Positions 19,037 through 29,528 of a stretch of DNA of 64,000 nucleotides are shown here, one piece after another. Made by a program: the position numbers and the translations under genes. The stretch covers positions 120,854-184,853 of the forward strand of contig DASWIS010000001.1 in assembly GCA_036397555.1 (NCBI GenBank). Direction: 5' to 3'. Below the pieces are notes generated by a model. It was not told where the DNA came from. It saw only the letters and a program-made list of their open reading frames with translations, and did no database searches. Source of the DNA: Candidatus Zixiibacteriota bacterium. Its GTDB lineage: Bacteria; Zixibacteria; MSB-5A5; WJJR01. The stretch's first letter is position 1. Each line of letters starts with the position of its first letter.

Positions 19037-19362
19037 CTTTAGGTGGAGCGGTTACCATATAGCAGTTCTCACTTCACGCCACGCCCGCTATCTGTGCCAC
19101 AGAAGGGATTCACGATGCTGCTAGGTACGCTCCGGGTTTTGCGGTGCGGTTCCCAATGATGTAGAGTTTCAGTAGTCTCCCACATCCCGCTCTCGTTCAA
19201 GCTGATAGAGCAATCTCCCGGGTTTTTCTTCCCAAAAAAGGGAACCCGCGCCGAATCCTGACCGGTATAAGCGCTCAAGACGCTGCACCGCGCACGTACG
19301 CACGCACAGCATTGCAGTTGGGCAGTCCCGAAAGGGGACTATGGGTTGGAAGGAGGAGCACC

Positions 19363-19905
19363 ATGCGCAGGATGATCACATCCATGCTGGTCGGACTTCT
19401 CGTCACACTTTTGCCGGGCCTGGCATGGGGGACAGGGCTCGGTCTGGGCGCGCGATACAGTTTCGTGCACAATCGCGACACCGACGACAACGCGAACATG
19501 CTCGGCGCCATGGCACGTCTCCGCGGGACCTTCCTCGGATTGGAGGGCGCCGTGGACTACCGCAACGAAGACCTCGGCAACAATGTCGAGCTGAAGACAT
19601 GGCCGATCTCCGCCAGTCTGATGCTCTACCCGATTCCGGCGATCTATGGATTGGCCGGAGTCGGCTGGTACAATTCGACAATCGATTTCCCCGCCGGCTC
19701 GTTGTATGAGGACGACACCGATACCGAGCTGGGCTACCACTTTGGCGCGGGGCTGGAGATGCCGTTGGCCCCGACGTTGAAACTGACCGGCGATTTCCGT
19801 TACCTCTTTGTCGACTATGAATTCGACGACATCCCGTCCACCATTGGAAAAGTCGACGCCAACTCGCTGGCCATAACCGCCGGTCTGATCGTCTACCTCC
19901 GGTAG
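19363..19905 (+). CDS. small outer-membrane beta-barrel protein (OmpW/opacity-type)
   Basis: Start MRRMITSMLVGLLVTLLPGLAWG (signal) with ggaaggaggag RBS. Ends ...AGLIVYLR. Confidence 0.6.
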   Translation: MRRMITSMLVGLLVTLLPGLAWGTGLGLGARYSFVHNRDTDDNANMLGAMARLRGTFLGLEGAVDYRNEDLGNNVELKTWPISASLMLYPIPAIYGLAGVGWYNSTIDFPAGSLYEDDTDTELGYHFGAGLEMPLAPTLKLTGDFRYLFVDYEFDDIPSTIGKVDANSLAITAGLIVYLR

Positions 19906-20018
19906 ACGGCACTATTTCGAGTGTTGCACTATGCGGGCACGGTGCCCGCAGCGTTGTAGCCAGTGCGTGCGGTGTGCGGCGCTATCCGGATCCGTATTAC
20001 TTTGCTCAGGGAGGAACA

Positions 20019-20867
20019 ATGAACAGGCACATTTCAGAATTCAGCTCGCGGGCGATCGTGACGGCGGCGGTGATCGGCGTGTTGGCGCTCGCCGGATGCA
20101 ACGGCACCGACCGCGGGGTCGGCGGCCAGTCGGATCAGGGGAAAGTCATCCTGATGATGCACGATGCCCCCGTCGACAACTTCACCGAAGTCTGGCTGAC
20201 GGTCGAATCGGTGACCATGATCGGGACACAGCATGACGACGATGGGACGGAGGCATCCGGTGAAGTCGTGCTCTCCGAAGCGGTCCGCATGGACTTTCTC
20301 GCGCTCGACTCGGTCTCGCGCATCCTGGCATCGGCGCAGGTCGATGCGGGCTTGTACTCGAAGATTCGTCTGCGGGTCTCCGATCCGGAGTTTGTGCGCG
20401 ATGACGACAGCGTGTACACCGATGATGATATCCAGTTGGTCGCCAACGGGCACGTCGATCTCAATCCGCAGGGCACGATTGTCGTCGGCAGCAATGCACT
20501 GACCGTCGTGAGTCTCGATCTGGACTTGGACAATTCGGTCCAGGTCAATGAGACCGGCAACGAACGCTACATCCTGCGTCCGCAGATCCTGCTGGATGGG
20601 AATCTCGAAAGCTCCGAACACGTGACGCTCCACGGATGCACCGTCGTCTCGGTGGACCTGTACAGCGGCCAGATATTGGTCATGTGCCCGAATGCGGAGA
20701 CGACCTTGGCGGTCACCACCAATTCGCAGACCGCCCTGTTCGGTGCGGGTGGATTGACCGTCGGGTTGAACGCGATCAATGTCGGTGCCAGCGTTGAAGT
20801 CGTCGGCGAACTGAACACCCAATCGGGTCTGATTACCGCAGCGGAGGTTCATCTCGGGCTGCATTGA
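20019..20867 (+). CDS. lipoprotein, DUF4382-like (tentative)
   Basis: Start MNRHISEFSSRAIVTAAVIGVLALAGC (lipobox) with gggagga RBS. All-beta composition. Confidence 0.55.
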   Translation: MNRHISEFSSRAIVTAAVIGVLALAGCNGTDRGVGGQSDQGKVILMMHDAPVDNFTEVWLTVESVTMIGTQHDDDGTEASGEVVLSEAVRMDFLALDSVSRILASAQVDAGLYSKIRLRVSDPEFVRDDDSVYTDDDIQLVANGHVDLNPQGTIVVGSNALTVVSLDLDLDNSVQVNETGNERYILRPQILLDGNLESSEHVTLHGCTVVSVDLYSGQILVMCPNAETTLAVTTNSQTALFGAGGLTVGLNAINVGASVEVVGELNTQSGLITAAEVHLGLH

Positions 20868-20992
20868 TTCACCGCGCTTACGCTGAGTCGCCCGGCCTCC
20901 TGGATCGGCGCAGATGGAGGTGACGGCGTCTGAGCCCCATCCAAGGGGTCGGGCGAGGATGCATCAGAGGAAGTCGCACGAAAGGAGACTTT

Positions 20993-21478
20993 ATGAAACG
21001 CACCATCATTTCCTGCCTTGCCATGTTGATCGCAGTGGGCGCAACGCACGGGCGTGCCGGCGCGGTCGAAGGTTGGGGTCCGCGCGTGGGCATGACGGTC
21101 GACCCCGACCAGGTCCATGTCGGTGCGCACATGTCCCTTGGGTATGCGTTCGATCGCTTTCGACTGCAGCCCAACGTTGAACTCGGTGTCGGTGACGACA
21201 TGACGATCATGAATGTCAATGGCGATTTGGCGTATCTGTTCAACGTGGACAACGACTCCTGGCGGCCGTTTCTCGGCGGCGGCGTGGGACTGTACGCCAT
21301 CGACCGTCAGGATAGCCGGGGCCGGGACGGCGACAGCGATCTTGAGGCCGGTCTGCACATGATCGGAGGCATTGAGTACGCCCTCTCCGGCGGAAATCGA
21401 TTTGCGGCCGAGGTGAAACTCGGGCTGGTCGATGAGCCGGATATGAAGTGGACGGCCGCCTGGACATTCGGCCGGTAA
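20993..21478 (+). CDS. small outer-membrane beta-barrel protein (hypothetical)
   Basis: Signal peptide MKRTIISCLAMLIAVGA, aaaggaga RBS, alternating beta-strand pattern. The antisense 256-aa ORF was rejected. Confidence 0.55.
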   Translation: MKRTIISCLAMLIAVGATHGRAGAVEGWGPRVGMTVDPDQVHVGAHMSLGYAFDRFRLQPNVELGVGDDMTIMNVNGDLAYLFNVDNDSWRPFLGGGVGLYAIDRQDSRGRDGDSDLEAGLHMIGGIEYALSGGNRFAAEVKLGLVDEPDMKWTAAWTFGR

Positions 21479-21704
21479 CGTCACGGGGGGTGCAGGTCCC
21501 GCCGCGAAGCGCAGACACGGCGAGATGCGACATGCTCCGCCAGGCATTGTCGGCGCCGCCGTGTCGCCTTCGTTGGCGGGTGACGAGAGAAGCTGCGGTT
21601 TCTTCATCGTCATCCCCACTTGCCCGTTCTACGGCATTGCATTAGAATAACTTGGATCGACACACGCAACGGCTTGTGGCCACGGCGGGGTCGATCCAAG
21701 GTCC

Positions 21705-22430
21705 ATGGACCAATCCGAGATTCAGCGGCTTCAAGAGGAAAACGCCAAGCTGCGCCGGCAGTTGGAACTGAGCCGGACGGCGTACGACTATCTGGTCCGA
21801 TTGGCGCACCATTTCTCCGGCGATGAGGTGGCCTTTGAGTCGCCCGATCAGATCCGGGCGTTCTGCGAACGGATCAAACGAGCGGTCGAGTCCTTAGTCG
21901 ACGGCATCAAGACGCTCATGGCCGGGCGCAAGCAGATGCAGCGCCAGTGGTCGTTGTATGCGTCGCAGCCACAGCAGGGCACGGCCTTTGTGCGCGTGGC
22001 AGAGCTCCGCGGCGATCTGGGGCGGTCGCTGTTGGACTGGCAGAACCCGGCTCTCGATGATCAGAACACGCGCCAACTGCAGAACTCCGTCAACGAGCTG
22101 AAACATCATCAATTGGCGCTGATGGCCGGATACGAGCGCTGTGTGCGCGAGGGGGCCTTGGCCGTACTGCGGGAGCTTGACCCCGACATTATAGAGGGAC
22201 GCGACGCGCCGGCCGCTGGAGGGCCGGAATCCCATGGGTCGTTGAAACAACTCCTGCCTTGGCGGACGGCCGGTTTGTTCCGAACATTCCGTCGGCGTTA
22301 CGCCGACTTGATTGCCGAAGACGCGCAGTGGTATCAATCGCGGTTTTTGCCGTTGTTTCGGCAGGGGTACAAGGAGTACATGTGGGCGGCGGTGGAGTCG
22401 GAATTATCCGGGGAGGGTCGACGGACATGA
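21705..22430 (+). CDS. hypothetical coiled-coil protein, first gene of the T6SS operon (uncharacterized T6SS-associated)
   Basis: 241 aa with N-terminal coiled coil (EIQRLQEENAKLRRQLEL). Its stop overlaps the tssJ ATG (ATGA). Confidence 0.5.
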   Translation: MDQSEIQRLQEENAKLRRQLELSRTAYDYLVRLAHHFSGDEVAFESPDQIRAFCERIKRAVESLVDGIKTLMAGRKQMQRQWSLYASQPQQGTAFVRVAELRGDLGRSLLDWQNPALDDQNTRQLQNSVNELKHHQLALMAGYERCVREGALAVLRELDPDIIEGRDAPAAGGPESHGSLKQLLPWRTAGLFRTFRRRYADLIAEDAQWYQSRFLPLFRQGYKEYMWAAVESELSGEGRRT

Positions 22431-22981
22431 GGCGGAACGCTACGATTGCGCATCGATCACGAGGAATCCGAATGATCGGCCTGGCCGAAGTGGGGCTTGT
22501 TTCAGTTGCCTTGGTGATCGGTTCAGGGTGCGGCTGGATCTTCGGCAAGCAGCAAAAGCCGATGCGTGTCGAAGTCGTCTTTGTCGGCAGCGATTCGCTC
22601 AACTTCGACGGCACGAAGTTTCAGCCGGTGCAGGTCAAGGCCTACATTCTGACTCGAGAGCACCGGTTCCTGGCCGCCGATGTGCGTGCATTCTTCAACC
22701 CGGAATTCGATCCGGGCTTCATGAGCGAGTTCGAGAAGGACATGCTGGGTTCGGCCACCGCGATTGTCGCGCCGGGGGAAAAGTCGTTGCCGATGCTCAT
22801 CGAGATTCCGTATGCCAAGCTGCACGATGTCAAGCCGATGATCGGCGTGATCGCCAACTTTGCACAGCCGCCGCGGGGTGAGCATCGTGAGCGCATGATC
22901 AAAGGCATTCCGAAGAAAAGCAAACAGATCGCCTGCTTTTCACTCGGAACCGACTGGGTGGAAGCGGGCAAGTGCCAATAG
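22427..22981 (+). CDS. tssJ: type VI secretion lipoprotein TssJ
   Basis: Lipobox LVIGSGCG. ~170-aa mature all-beta protein of TssJ size, positioned just before tssK-tssL-tssM. Confidence 0.6.
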   Translation: MRRNATIAHRSRGIRMIGLAEVGLVSVALVIGSGCGWIFGKQQKPMRVEVVFVGSDSLNFDGTKFQPVQVKAYILTREHRFLAADVRAFFNPEFDPGFMSEFEKDMLGSATAIVAPGEKSLPMLIEIPYAKLHDVKPMIGVIANFAQPPRGEHRERMIKGIPKKSKQIACFSLGTDWVEAGKCQ

Positions 22982-23017
22982 AACACCAATCACAGATCTG
23001 CGGATATTGCTGAACTG

Positions 23018-24373
23018 ATGCCGCCCTACCATCAAATCCTCTGGAGTGAGGGGCTTTTCCTCACCCAGCACCATTTCCAACAGTTTGATTCGTACATTGC
23101 CGGCGAGCGCGCGTTTTTGCTGCGCGCGCTGGTGCCGTTTGCGTGGGGACTTTCGCATCTGGCAATTGATGAGACCGCTGTGGAGAATCGGACGCTGACG
23201 GTCGGAGAGGTCGAAGGCATTTGGCCCGACGGGACCGCGGTCCGCGCGCCCTCAGTCGACGATTTGCCGGGAGGACGACCTTTCGAGTCGCTCTTTGCAC
23301 CAACCGCACGGGTGTTGCCGGTCTATCTGGGCTTGCCGCGACTGCGGCCCGGCACCGCGGGTGTGCAGATGGAGTCGGAGAAAACCCACGCGCCGACACG
23401 GTATGCGCGGGCCTTTGCACATGTTCCCGATGCGGTCACCGGCGAGCACGAGCGCGAGATTCCATATCTGAAAAAGAAGCTGGTGCTGCTCTTCGGCGGC
23501 GAGGATTTGGAAGGATACGATGTGTTGAAAATCGCCGAGGTGGAACGCAGCCCCGAGGGCAAAACACGACTGCGTCCATCCTATGTTCCGCCGCTCGTCT
23601 CGGTCCATTCGTCAAAGTATCTCACGACGGAACTGCGGGGCCTCTTGGAGACGGCATCGGCCAAATCCGAATCGCTGGCCGAGCAAGTCCGTCAGCGCAC
23701 GCCGACGCTGACCGAATTCTCCACGTCCGACTTTCCGAACTTCTTAAAGTTGCACACCGTCAATGCCTATATTCCATTGCTGTCGCAGTGGCACACGCAT
23801 CCACGCGCGCATCCGCTCGGCCTGTTTCAGTTGCTGGCGGCGTTCGCCGGGCACTTGTGCGGATTCAAAGTCGGTGAGCATCCACGCAATCTGCCCGCAT
23901 ATGATCACGACAACCTTGAAGGATCGTTCGCGCCCCTGGTTGTCAAGCTGCGCGAATTGCTGGAAGCGGTTGTTGAAGCGCGTTTTGTACGAATTCCGCT
24001 GGCGCAGCGCGACACGTCACGATTCGACGGACCCATCGAAGACGTATCGCTCTTTGAGCGCTCCGAATTCTATCTGGGCGTCGGCGCGGATTTGTCGGAA
24101 AGCAAGATTGCCTCGGAGTTTCCGCGTCACGCCAAGGTCATCTCCCCCGACAAAATGGAACGGCTCATCGGCGGAAATCTGCCGGGCGCCAATCTGATCT
24201 TCGTGCAACTGCCGCCGGCATCGGTGCCGCGCAAGGCGGGGATGGTGTACTTCCGCATCGATCCGCGCGGCGATCGCTGGGACTACATCAAGAAGGCGCG
24301 CCAGATCGCGATCTATGCCCCACCCGATGAATTCCCCGACTGGACTGTCGAATGTCTCGCGGTCGAGCGCTGA
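23018..24373 (+). CDS. tssK: type VI secretion baseplate protein TssK
   Basis: N-terminus ILWSEGLFLTQHHFQQFDSY matches the TssK signature (WSEGMFLxPQHFQQ). 451 aa. Confidence 0.85.
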   Translation: MPPYHQILWSEGLFLTQHHFQQFDSYIAGERAFLLRALVPFAWGLSHLAIDETAVENRTLTVGEVEGIWPDGTAVRAPSVDDLPGGRPFESLFAPTARVLPVYLGLPRLRPGTAGVQMESEKTHAPTRYARAFAHVPDAVTGEHEREIPYLKKKLVLLFGGEDLEGYDVLKIAEVERSPEGKTRLRPSYVPPLVSVHSSKYLTTELRGLLETASAKSESLAEQVRQRTPTLTEFSTSDFPNFLKLHTVNAYIPLLSQWHTHPRAHPLGLFQLLAAFAGHLCGFKVGEHPRNLPAYDHDNLEGSFAPLVVKLRELLEAVVEARFVRIPLAQRDTSRFDGPIEDVSLFERSEFYLGVGADLSESKIASEFPRHAKVISPDKMERLIGGNLPGANLIFVQLPPASVPRKAGMVYFRIDPRGDRWDYIKKARQIAIYAPPDEFPDWTVECLAVER

Positions 24374-24423
24374 GTTGACCGGAGCATTGACGACTTCACC
24401 ATCATGACCACGACCGTCATCAT

Positions 24424-25101
24424 ATGAGCACGACCGCACCGGGGGTCCTTCAACGCGCGTGCCGTCGCGCGTTTTCGCTGGTGCTCAACCTTCAGGACGG
24501 CGGCGATTTCGGCGACGCGGATGCACTTCGACGGCGTGTCACCGAAATGCTGGCATCGATGGAGAGCGACGCCAAGCAGGCCGGCGTCCTGGCAGAGGAT
24601 GTTCTCTCGGCACGATTCGCGCTGACCGCATTTATCGACGAGACGATCAACCGTTCCGATTGGCCGGGCAAATCGACCTGGGCGAATCGTCCGCTTTCGC
24701 TGGAACACTTCAATACCAACCGCGCCGGCGAAGAATTTTTCGAACGGCTCGCGGCGATTCGTCAGCGCCCCGAGGCGCAAACCGATCTGCTGGAAGTCTA
24801 TCACTGTTGTCTGGCGCTGGGATTCGAGGGACGATACGCACTGGCCGATCCGACTCACTTGCAGCAATTGGTCGAATCGACCATGCGCGAGTTGGAACGC
24901 ATTCGCGGCACATCGGCCGTACTGGCCCCGCATGGCGATCCACCCGCGCAAAGCGTCGCACAACTGGGCGGCGAAGTGCCGTTGTGGGTTTACTCGGGCG
25001 CGCTGGCCGCGTTGGCTTTCATCGTGTTCGTAATCCTGCGGGTCTTGTCGACGTCGCAGGCGCAGGAGACCGCCGACCGGCTGATTCGCCTGTTGCAATA
25101 A
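24424..25101 (+). CDS. tssL: type VI secretion membrane protein TssL (DotU/IcmH family)
   Basis: DotU-like core (FALTAFIDETI...LLEVYHCCLALGFEGRY) plus a single C-terminal transmembrane helix. Confidence 0.8.
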   Translation: MSTTAPGVLQRACRRAFSLVLNLQDGGDFGDADALRRRVTEMLASMESDAKQAGVLAEDVLSARFALTAFIDETINRSDWPGKSTWANRPLSLEHFNTNRAGEEFFERLAAIRQRPEAQTDLLEVYHCCLALGFEGRYALADPTHLQQLVESTMRELERIRGTSAVLAPHGDPPAQSVAQLGGEVPLWVYSGALAALAFIVFVILRVLSTSQAQETADRLIRLLQ

Positions 25102-25124
25102 CCACGCTCAGCATCGTCATCGCC

Positions 25125-28100
25125 ATGCTTGGCCTCATCCTCCCGTTTCTCAAGTCAAAGCTCGCGGCCGTGGGCGCGGTGCTGGTCATCGTCCTACTGA
25201 TCGCCATCGGCGGACCGAGAATCCTGGGGTCGCGCTGGCGGCTATGGTGCTATCTCGCCGCCCTGCTCATCCTCCTCATTTTCATCATTCATCTGGCGTT
25301 CAAGGCTTGGCGGGCGCGCAAGAAGGCGCGCCTGCTTGAAGGGTTTATGCAACGGCAGGCCGACGATCAGATGATGTCGGCGCGGCCCGATGCCCGCGAC
25401 GAGCTGGCCGCGATCAAGGAGAAACTCGACCGCGCCGTGACGGTTTTGAAGCAATCGCGTCTGGCCCGCGGACGGCGCGGCGCCGATGCGCTCTACCTGT
25501 TGCCGTGGTACATGATCATCGGTCCGTCGGCGGCCGGTAAATCGACCCTGTTGCGCAACAGCGGCCTGCATTTCCCGGCGGTCGATGTATCCGACGAGGC
25601 CAAAGTGCGCGGGCTGGGTGGCACACGCAACTGCGATTGGTGGCTGTCGACGCAGGGGATCGTGCTCGACACGGCCGGGCGATACAGTCTCACCGATGCC
25701 GCCGCCGACGACCGCGAAGAATGGTCGGGCTTTCTTTCCATGCTGAAGAAGGCGCGCGGCCGTGCACCGATCAACGGACTCATCCTCGCCGTGGCGCTCG
25801 ACGAAGTGCTCAAGCGCGGCAATGATGATTTGGAGACGCTGGCCAAGACTCTGCGCAGCCGCGTCGATGAATTGATCGTCAAGCTCGAGATTCAGTTTCC
25901 CATTTACGTCGTCTTCACGAAGTGCGACCTGGTCTCGGGTTTCAGCGAATACTTCCACGACTTCGGACGCGAGCAGCGCGAACAGATTTGGGGGTTCACG
26001 CGCAAGTACGAGCCCGTGACCGAGTCGCTGCAGCAGCAGTTCCTGCGTGAGGCGGGATACCTAGCTGCCGTTCTCGATCACCGTCGCTTGCGACAAATGA
26101 CGACGACCGTTCGCCCGATCCAGCGGCGCGGGGCGTATGTCATGCCGATCGAGTTCGCCAATGCCGCGCGCAAGCTGGCGCACTTCGTCGATGTGCTCTT
26201 CAGCCCCAACCCGTATCAGCAGAATCCGGTCGTGCGCGGCTTCTATTTTACGTCGGGCACGCAGGAAGGCGCGCCGATCGCACAGGTGATGGAGGCGATG
26301 CGCCGCGATTTCGGCCTCAGCGGCGGGATCGTGCCGCCGAGCGGCGCGGCGTCGGAGCCCAAACCGTACTTCATCAAGGATCTCTTCCAAAAGGTCATTC
26401 TTCCCGACGAGGCGAAGGTGCGTCCGCTGGGATCGGCGAGCCGTCGTCGGCGTTTCATCCGCTGGACGTGGATCGGGGCGCAGGCCGCCGCCGCCGGACT
26501 ACTCGTGTTATCTTTGTTCGGATCCTACCTGGCCAATCGCCGCTTCAATTCCGAGTTGCGCCGCACCACCGAGCACATTGCCGCCGCGTTGCCTCCCGGC
26601 GACGGATTTTCGCTGTCGAATCTCGACACGCTGGATATGCTGCGCGAAGCCCTGGTGCGGGCGGAAGCAGGACCCGGCCTCCAGCGCGGACTCGGGTTGT
26701 ATTCATCGCCGCCGGTCATTGCCGCTGCGCGTGATGTCTACTTCCGGAATCTGCAGCGGCTCTTGTTGCGTCCGCTCGATGTGCAGCTCAGGGCGCGATT
26801 ACGTGGGGAGTTCGATTTGAACACCGAGGCGGGGATCAACAGCTACTTCGAGTCGGCGATGGCCTATAAGATGATTACGCAACATTACGACTCGGTCTCG
26901 CACAATGTTTTCGAACTGATCGCGCAGGCCGATTCGGTGTGGCGTTCGCAGATTCCCATCGACGACCAGGCCCACTTCGGCGCGCTGATTGCCGATCAAC
27001 TCAATTACTACTGGTACCATCGTCCGGACACCACGCTGCGTTGGATGCGTGTCGCACCCGATCAGGCGCTGCTGGCCGACATCGAACGGGTTATGGCCGG
27101 TTTCTGGACCGTCGACCGGCTGTACCGGCGCATCATCAACGATGCCAACGGAACGCAGGGTCTGCTGACCATGCTCGATTTCGCTCCCGGGAGTGTTCGT
27201 CTGGCCGGGGCGCGGATCGGCGGCGCCTTCACCCGGGAGGGATGGAAGCTCGTTCTCGCCGATCGTATTCGCAACATGCCCGACGAGATCGCCGGCAACC
27301 CGGCGCTGCGGCAGACGCTGGGCCACTACGAGGACGACAAAATCCGCGAGGAGCTCACGCGTCGCTATGTCGATGAATTTCGCGGTGCGTGGCGAAAGTT
27401 CCTCGACTCGGTCATTGTGGTCAACTTCACCGATCTGACCGACGCCGCCTCCGGCCTCGATGAATTATCGCAGGACAATTCGCCGCTGTTATTGGTGCTG
27501 ACGCGCGCCTGGAATGAGAGCCGGTTGGACATCGGCGGCGATTACAAGAGCAAGATCGATGAAGAGTTCGTACCGCTCGCGCGCTTCCTCGGCGAAGCGA
27601 AACTGCCGGAAGGATCCCCCATTCCACGGGCCAGCTACATTGCACTGTTGGCCGAGCTGCCCAAGACGCTTGAAGAGCAGCGCGATTTGTTGCAGCAGCA
27701 GGCCAAGTGCGCACTACGTCTGCGCGCCCTGAAGACCGCGCTGGATCAACGCGAGCGCACGATCGCGCGATTGATCGACGGTTCGGCGGTCGCACGGTCC
27801 GCGTCGACGCTGCTGGTGCGTCCGCTGGATGCCGCGCGACGCAGCGCCTATGGCGAGATGTGCTCCTGCCTCAACCGCGTCTGGAATGAGACGGTTGCCG
27901 ACGAATTCGGTGCCGGGCTGGCGAGCGTCTATCCTTTCAATTCCACCAGCGAGGCCGAGGCATCGATGGCGCAGGTGGTATCGTTTTTTTCGACGGCGGG
28001 CATTTTTGCGTTCGAGGACGCCGAAGGTGCCCCGGCCCGTCAGGAGGGGATGTCGTTATCCGCCGATTACCAGCGGGCGCTGTCGGTCGCCGAAGACATC

Positions 28101-28520
28101 CGGCGCATGATCCAGGGCAGTAATCCGAGCGTCAACTTTACGTTGCGCGCGGCTTCGCAGGGTCTCTCCGGCATCCGCAAGCTGTCATTGGAATACGGCA
28201 GCACCCGTTGGGAATACGTTCCGGGCCCCGATGATCCGCGCGACTTCAAATGGCCGCAGGCGGGCGGGACCCATGTGTCGCTGAGCGTGGTGGCGGTCGA
28301 CCAGACATTGTATGCGATGCCGCGCCAAGAGACGGGCGAGTGGGCGATGCTGCGGCTCTTCGACGACGCCAAGTTCAGCGGCAATACCGTGCGCTGGGCC
28401 TTTCCGACCCAGGGTGGACCGACGCTGAACGCGCAGTACACCATCAGCGGCTCGGGTGCGCAGTTTATCAGCAGCGGGCACTTCTCGCGCTTCCAGTGTC
28501 CGGCCCGCGTGTGTCCGTAA
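25125..28520 (+). CDS. tssM: type VI secretion membrane ATPase TssM (IcmF family)
   Basis: Start MLGLILPFLK (N-terminal TM helices). Walker A GPSAAGKST. ~1130 aa. Confidence 0.85.
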   Translation: MLGLILPFLKSKLAAVGAVLVIVLLIAIGGPRILGSRWRLWCYLAALLILLIFIIHLAFKAWRARKKARLLEGFMQRQADDQMMSARPDARDELAAIKEKLDRAVTVLKQSRLARGRRGADALYLLPWYMIIGPSAAGKSTLLRNSGLHFPAVDVSDEAKVRGLGGTRNCDWWLSTQGIVLDTAGRYSLTDAAADDREEWSGFLSMLKKARGRAPINGLILAVALDEVLKRGNDDLETLAKTLRSRVDELIVKLEIQFPIYVVFTKCDLVSGFSEYFHDFGREQREQIWGFTRKYEPVTESLQQQFLREAGYLAAVLDHRRLRQMTTTVRPIQRRGAYVMPIEFANAARKLAHFVDVLFSPNPYQQNPVVRGFYFTSGTQEGAPIAQVMEAMRRDFGLSGGIVPPSGAASEPKPYFIKDLFQKVILPDEAKVRPLGSASRRRRFIRWTWIGAQAAAAGLLVLSLFGSYLANRRFNSELRRTTEHIAAALPPGDGFSLSNLDTLDMLREALVRAEAGPGLQRGLGLYSSPPVIAAARDVYFRNLQRLLLRPLDVQLRARLRGEFDLNTEAGINSYFESAMAYKMITQHYDSVSHNVFELIAQADSVWRSQIPIDDQAHFGALIADQLNYYWYHRPDTTLRWMRVAPDQALLADIERVMAGFWTVDRLYRRIINDANGTQGLLTMLDFAPGSVRLAGARIGGAFTREGWKLVLADRIRNMPDEIAGNPALRQTLGHYEDDKIREELTRRYVDEFRGAWRKFLDSVIVVNFTDLTDAASGLDELSQDNSPLLLVLTRAWNESRLDIGGDYKSKIDEEFVPLARFLGEAKLPEGSPIPRASYIALLAELPKTLEEQRDLLQQQAKCALRLRALKTALDQRERTIARLIDGSAVARSASTLLVRPLDAARRSAYGEMCSCLNRVWNETVADEFGAGLASVYPFNSTSEAEASMAQVVSFFSTAGIFAFEDAEGAPARQEGMSLSADYQRALSVAEDIRRMIQGSNPSVNFTLRAASQGLSGIRKLSLEYGSTRWEYVPGPDDPRDFKWPQAGGTHVSLSVVAVDQTLYAMPRQETGEWAMLRLFDDAKFSGNTVRWAFPTQGGPTLNAQYTISGSGAQFISSGHFSRFQCPARVCP

Positions 28521-28537
28521 CAACGCGTAATTCATCG

Positions 28538-29509
28538 ATGCCGACGGTGTCTCCCAGCATCGGGTTGTTCGGCAAGCTGCCGTCACATCCCGACTTTATC
28601 CGCCACATGGCGGGCGGCGAGGCAGCGCGCCGGCTTGATTCATGGCACAGCGACGGTCTGGCACACTTGCGTCGGATTCATCGTGGCGACTGGGAATCGC
28701 GCTTCGATGCGGCCCCTCCGGTGCAATTTGTCGTGCAAGCCGAATCGCAGCATGCGCTGGTCGGCGTGTGCGCGCCGTCGCGTGATTCCACCGGGCGTCG
28801 GTATCCGATCTCGGTGTTCGCGACAATTCCGGTGGGACGCAGCAACGCACGCGGCGAATGGCTGCCGGTCCTTTGCGGTCAGTTCCTGAATTTGGTCCGT
28901 CGAGAACTGGGCGCGGCATTGCGGGCGGAGTCGGGCGCCGATTTGACACAGTTTGCGGATCGCATGGTGCCGTTCCTGGACAAAGCGATTCTCGCGGACA
29001 GTCGGTCGACTCCCGAGACGATCGCAAACGCCACCATGCAATCGTTTTGGACCGGCATCCTTGGCGACTTTGCGGATCGCCGCAAGTACGTCGTCATCAA
29101 AAACCTGTTCGGTGTGATGGTTCCGCTGCGCGGAGGCGACACGACCCGACTGAGCGCCGCGCTGAATCTCCCGACTGGAGGCGATCCGGATGAGGCGCAC
29201 GTCGTCAGTGCGCTCTGGGCGCGTCTCTGCACCGCCGTTTCCGGCCATCCGCGGTTGCCGAATCTTTCCCTCTTTTGGCGCGAATCAATGGCGACACCGC
29301 AGCGCGGGGAGTGCTTTATTGCGTTGCGACCGCCGTCGGTTGGGCTGTGGTGCACCGTCATCGCCGGATCGCCGGCGAACGATTCATTCCTTGAGACCGA
29401 CACACCGAATGACGAACCGCAGGCGGCGCGTTCGGTGTTGGGGGAGCGCCTGGCATCGGCGCTCGATGATCCGGATCTGAACATGCTGGCGTTTATCAAA
29501 CGAATCTGA
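28538..29509 (+). CDS. tagF: type VI secretion-associated protein TagF (ImpM/DUF2094 family)
   Basis: N-terminal GLFGKLPSHPDFI matches the TagF hallmark (GFFGKLPxxGDF). Confidence 0.75.
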   Translation: MPTVSPSIGLFGKLPSHPDFIRHMAGGEAARRLDSWHSDGLAHLRRIHRGDWESRFDAAPPVQFVVQAESQHALVGVCAPSRDSTGRRYPISVFATIPVGRSNARGEWLPVLCGQFLNLVRRELGAALRAESGADLTQFADRMVPFLDKAILADSRSTPETIANATMQSFWTGILGDFADRRKYVVIKNLFGVMVPLRGGDTTRLSAALNLPTGGDPDEAHVVSALWARLCTAVSGHPRLPNLSLFWRESMATPQRGECFIALRPPSVGLWCTVIAGSPANDSFLETDTPNDEPQAARSVLGERLASALDDPDLNMLAFIKRI

Positions 29510-29528
29510 AACGCCGATTCACTGTGCG

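Noticed and set aside
19037-19362. Integrated element next to tRNA-Arg
   Set aside because: No direct repeat of the tRNA 3' end and no integrase-like ORF in the 300-bp downstream spacer. It appears to be ordinary intergenic/promoter DNA for the OMP gene.
20849-21619. 256-aa minus-strand ORF overlapping the small OMP gene
   Set aside because: The + strand ORF has an RBS, a signal peptide and beta-barrel periodicity. The minus product is P/A/R-rich without features.
21480-21704. Sigma54 promoter upstream of the T6SS operon
   Set aside because: Searched for TGGCAC-N5-TTGC. Only partial TGGCCACGG without a -12 TTGC element.
24313-25098. Minus-strand ORFs antisense to T6SS genes (24313..25098, and likewise 36560..37939, 39879..41294, 42803..43798, 44562..45089)
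   Set aside because: All overlap + strand genes that carry unambiguous T6SS family signatures. Their translations are low-complexity and R/A/G-rich.
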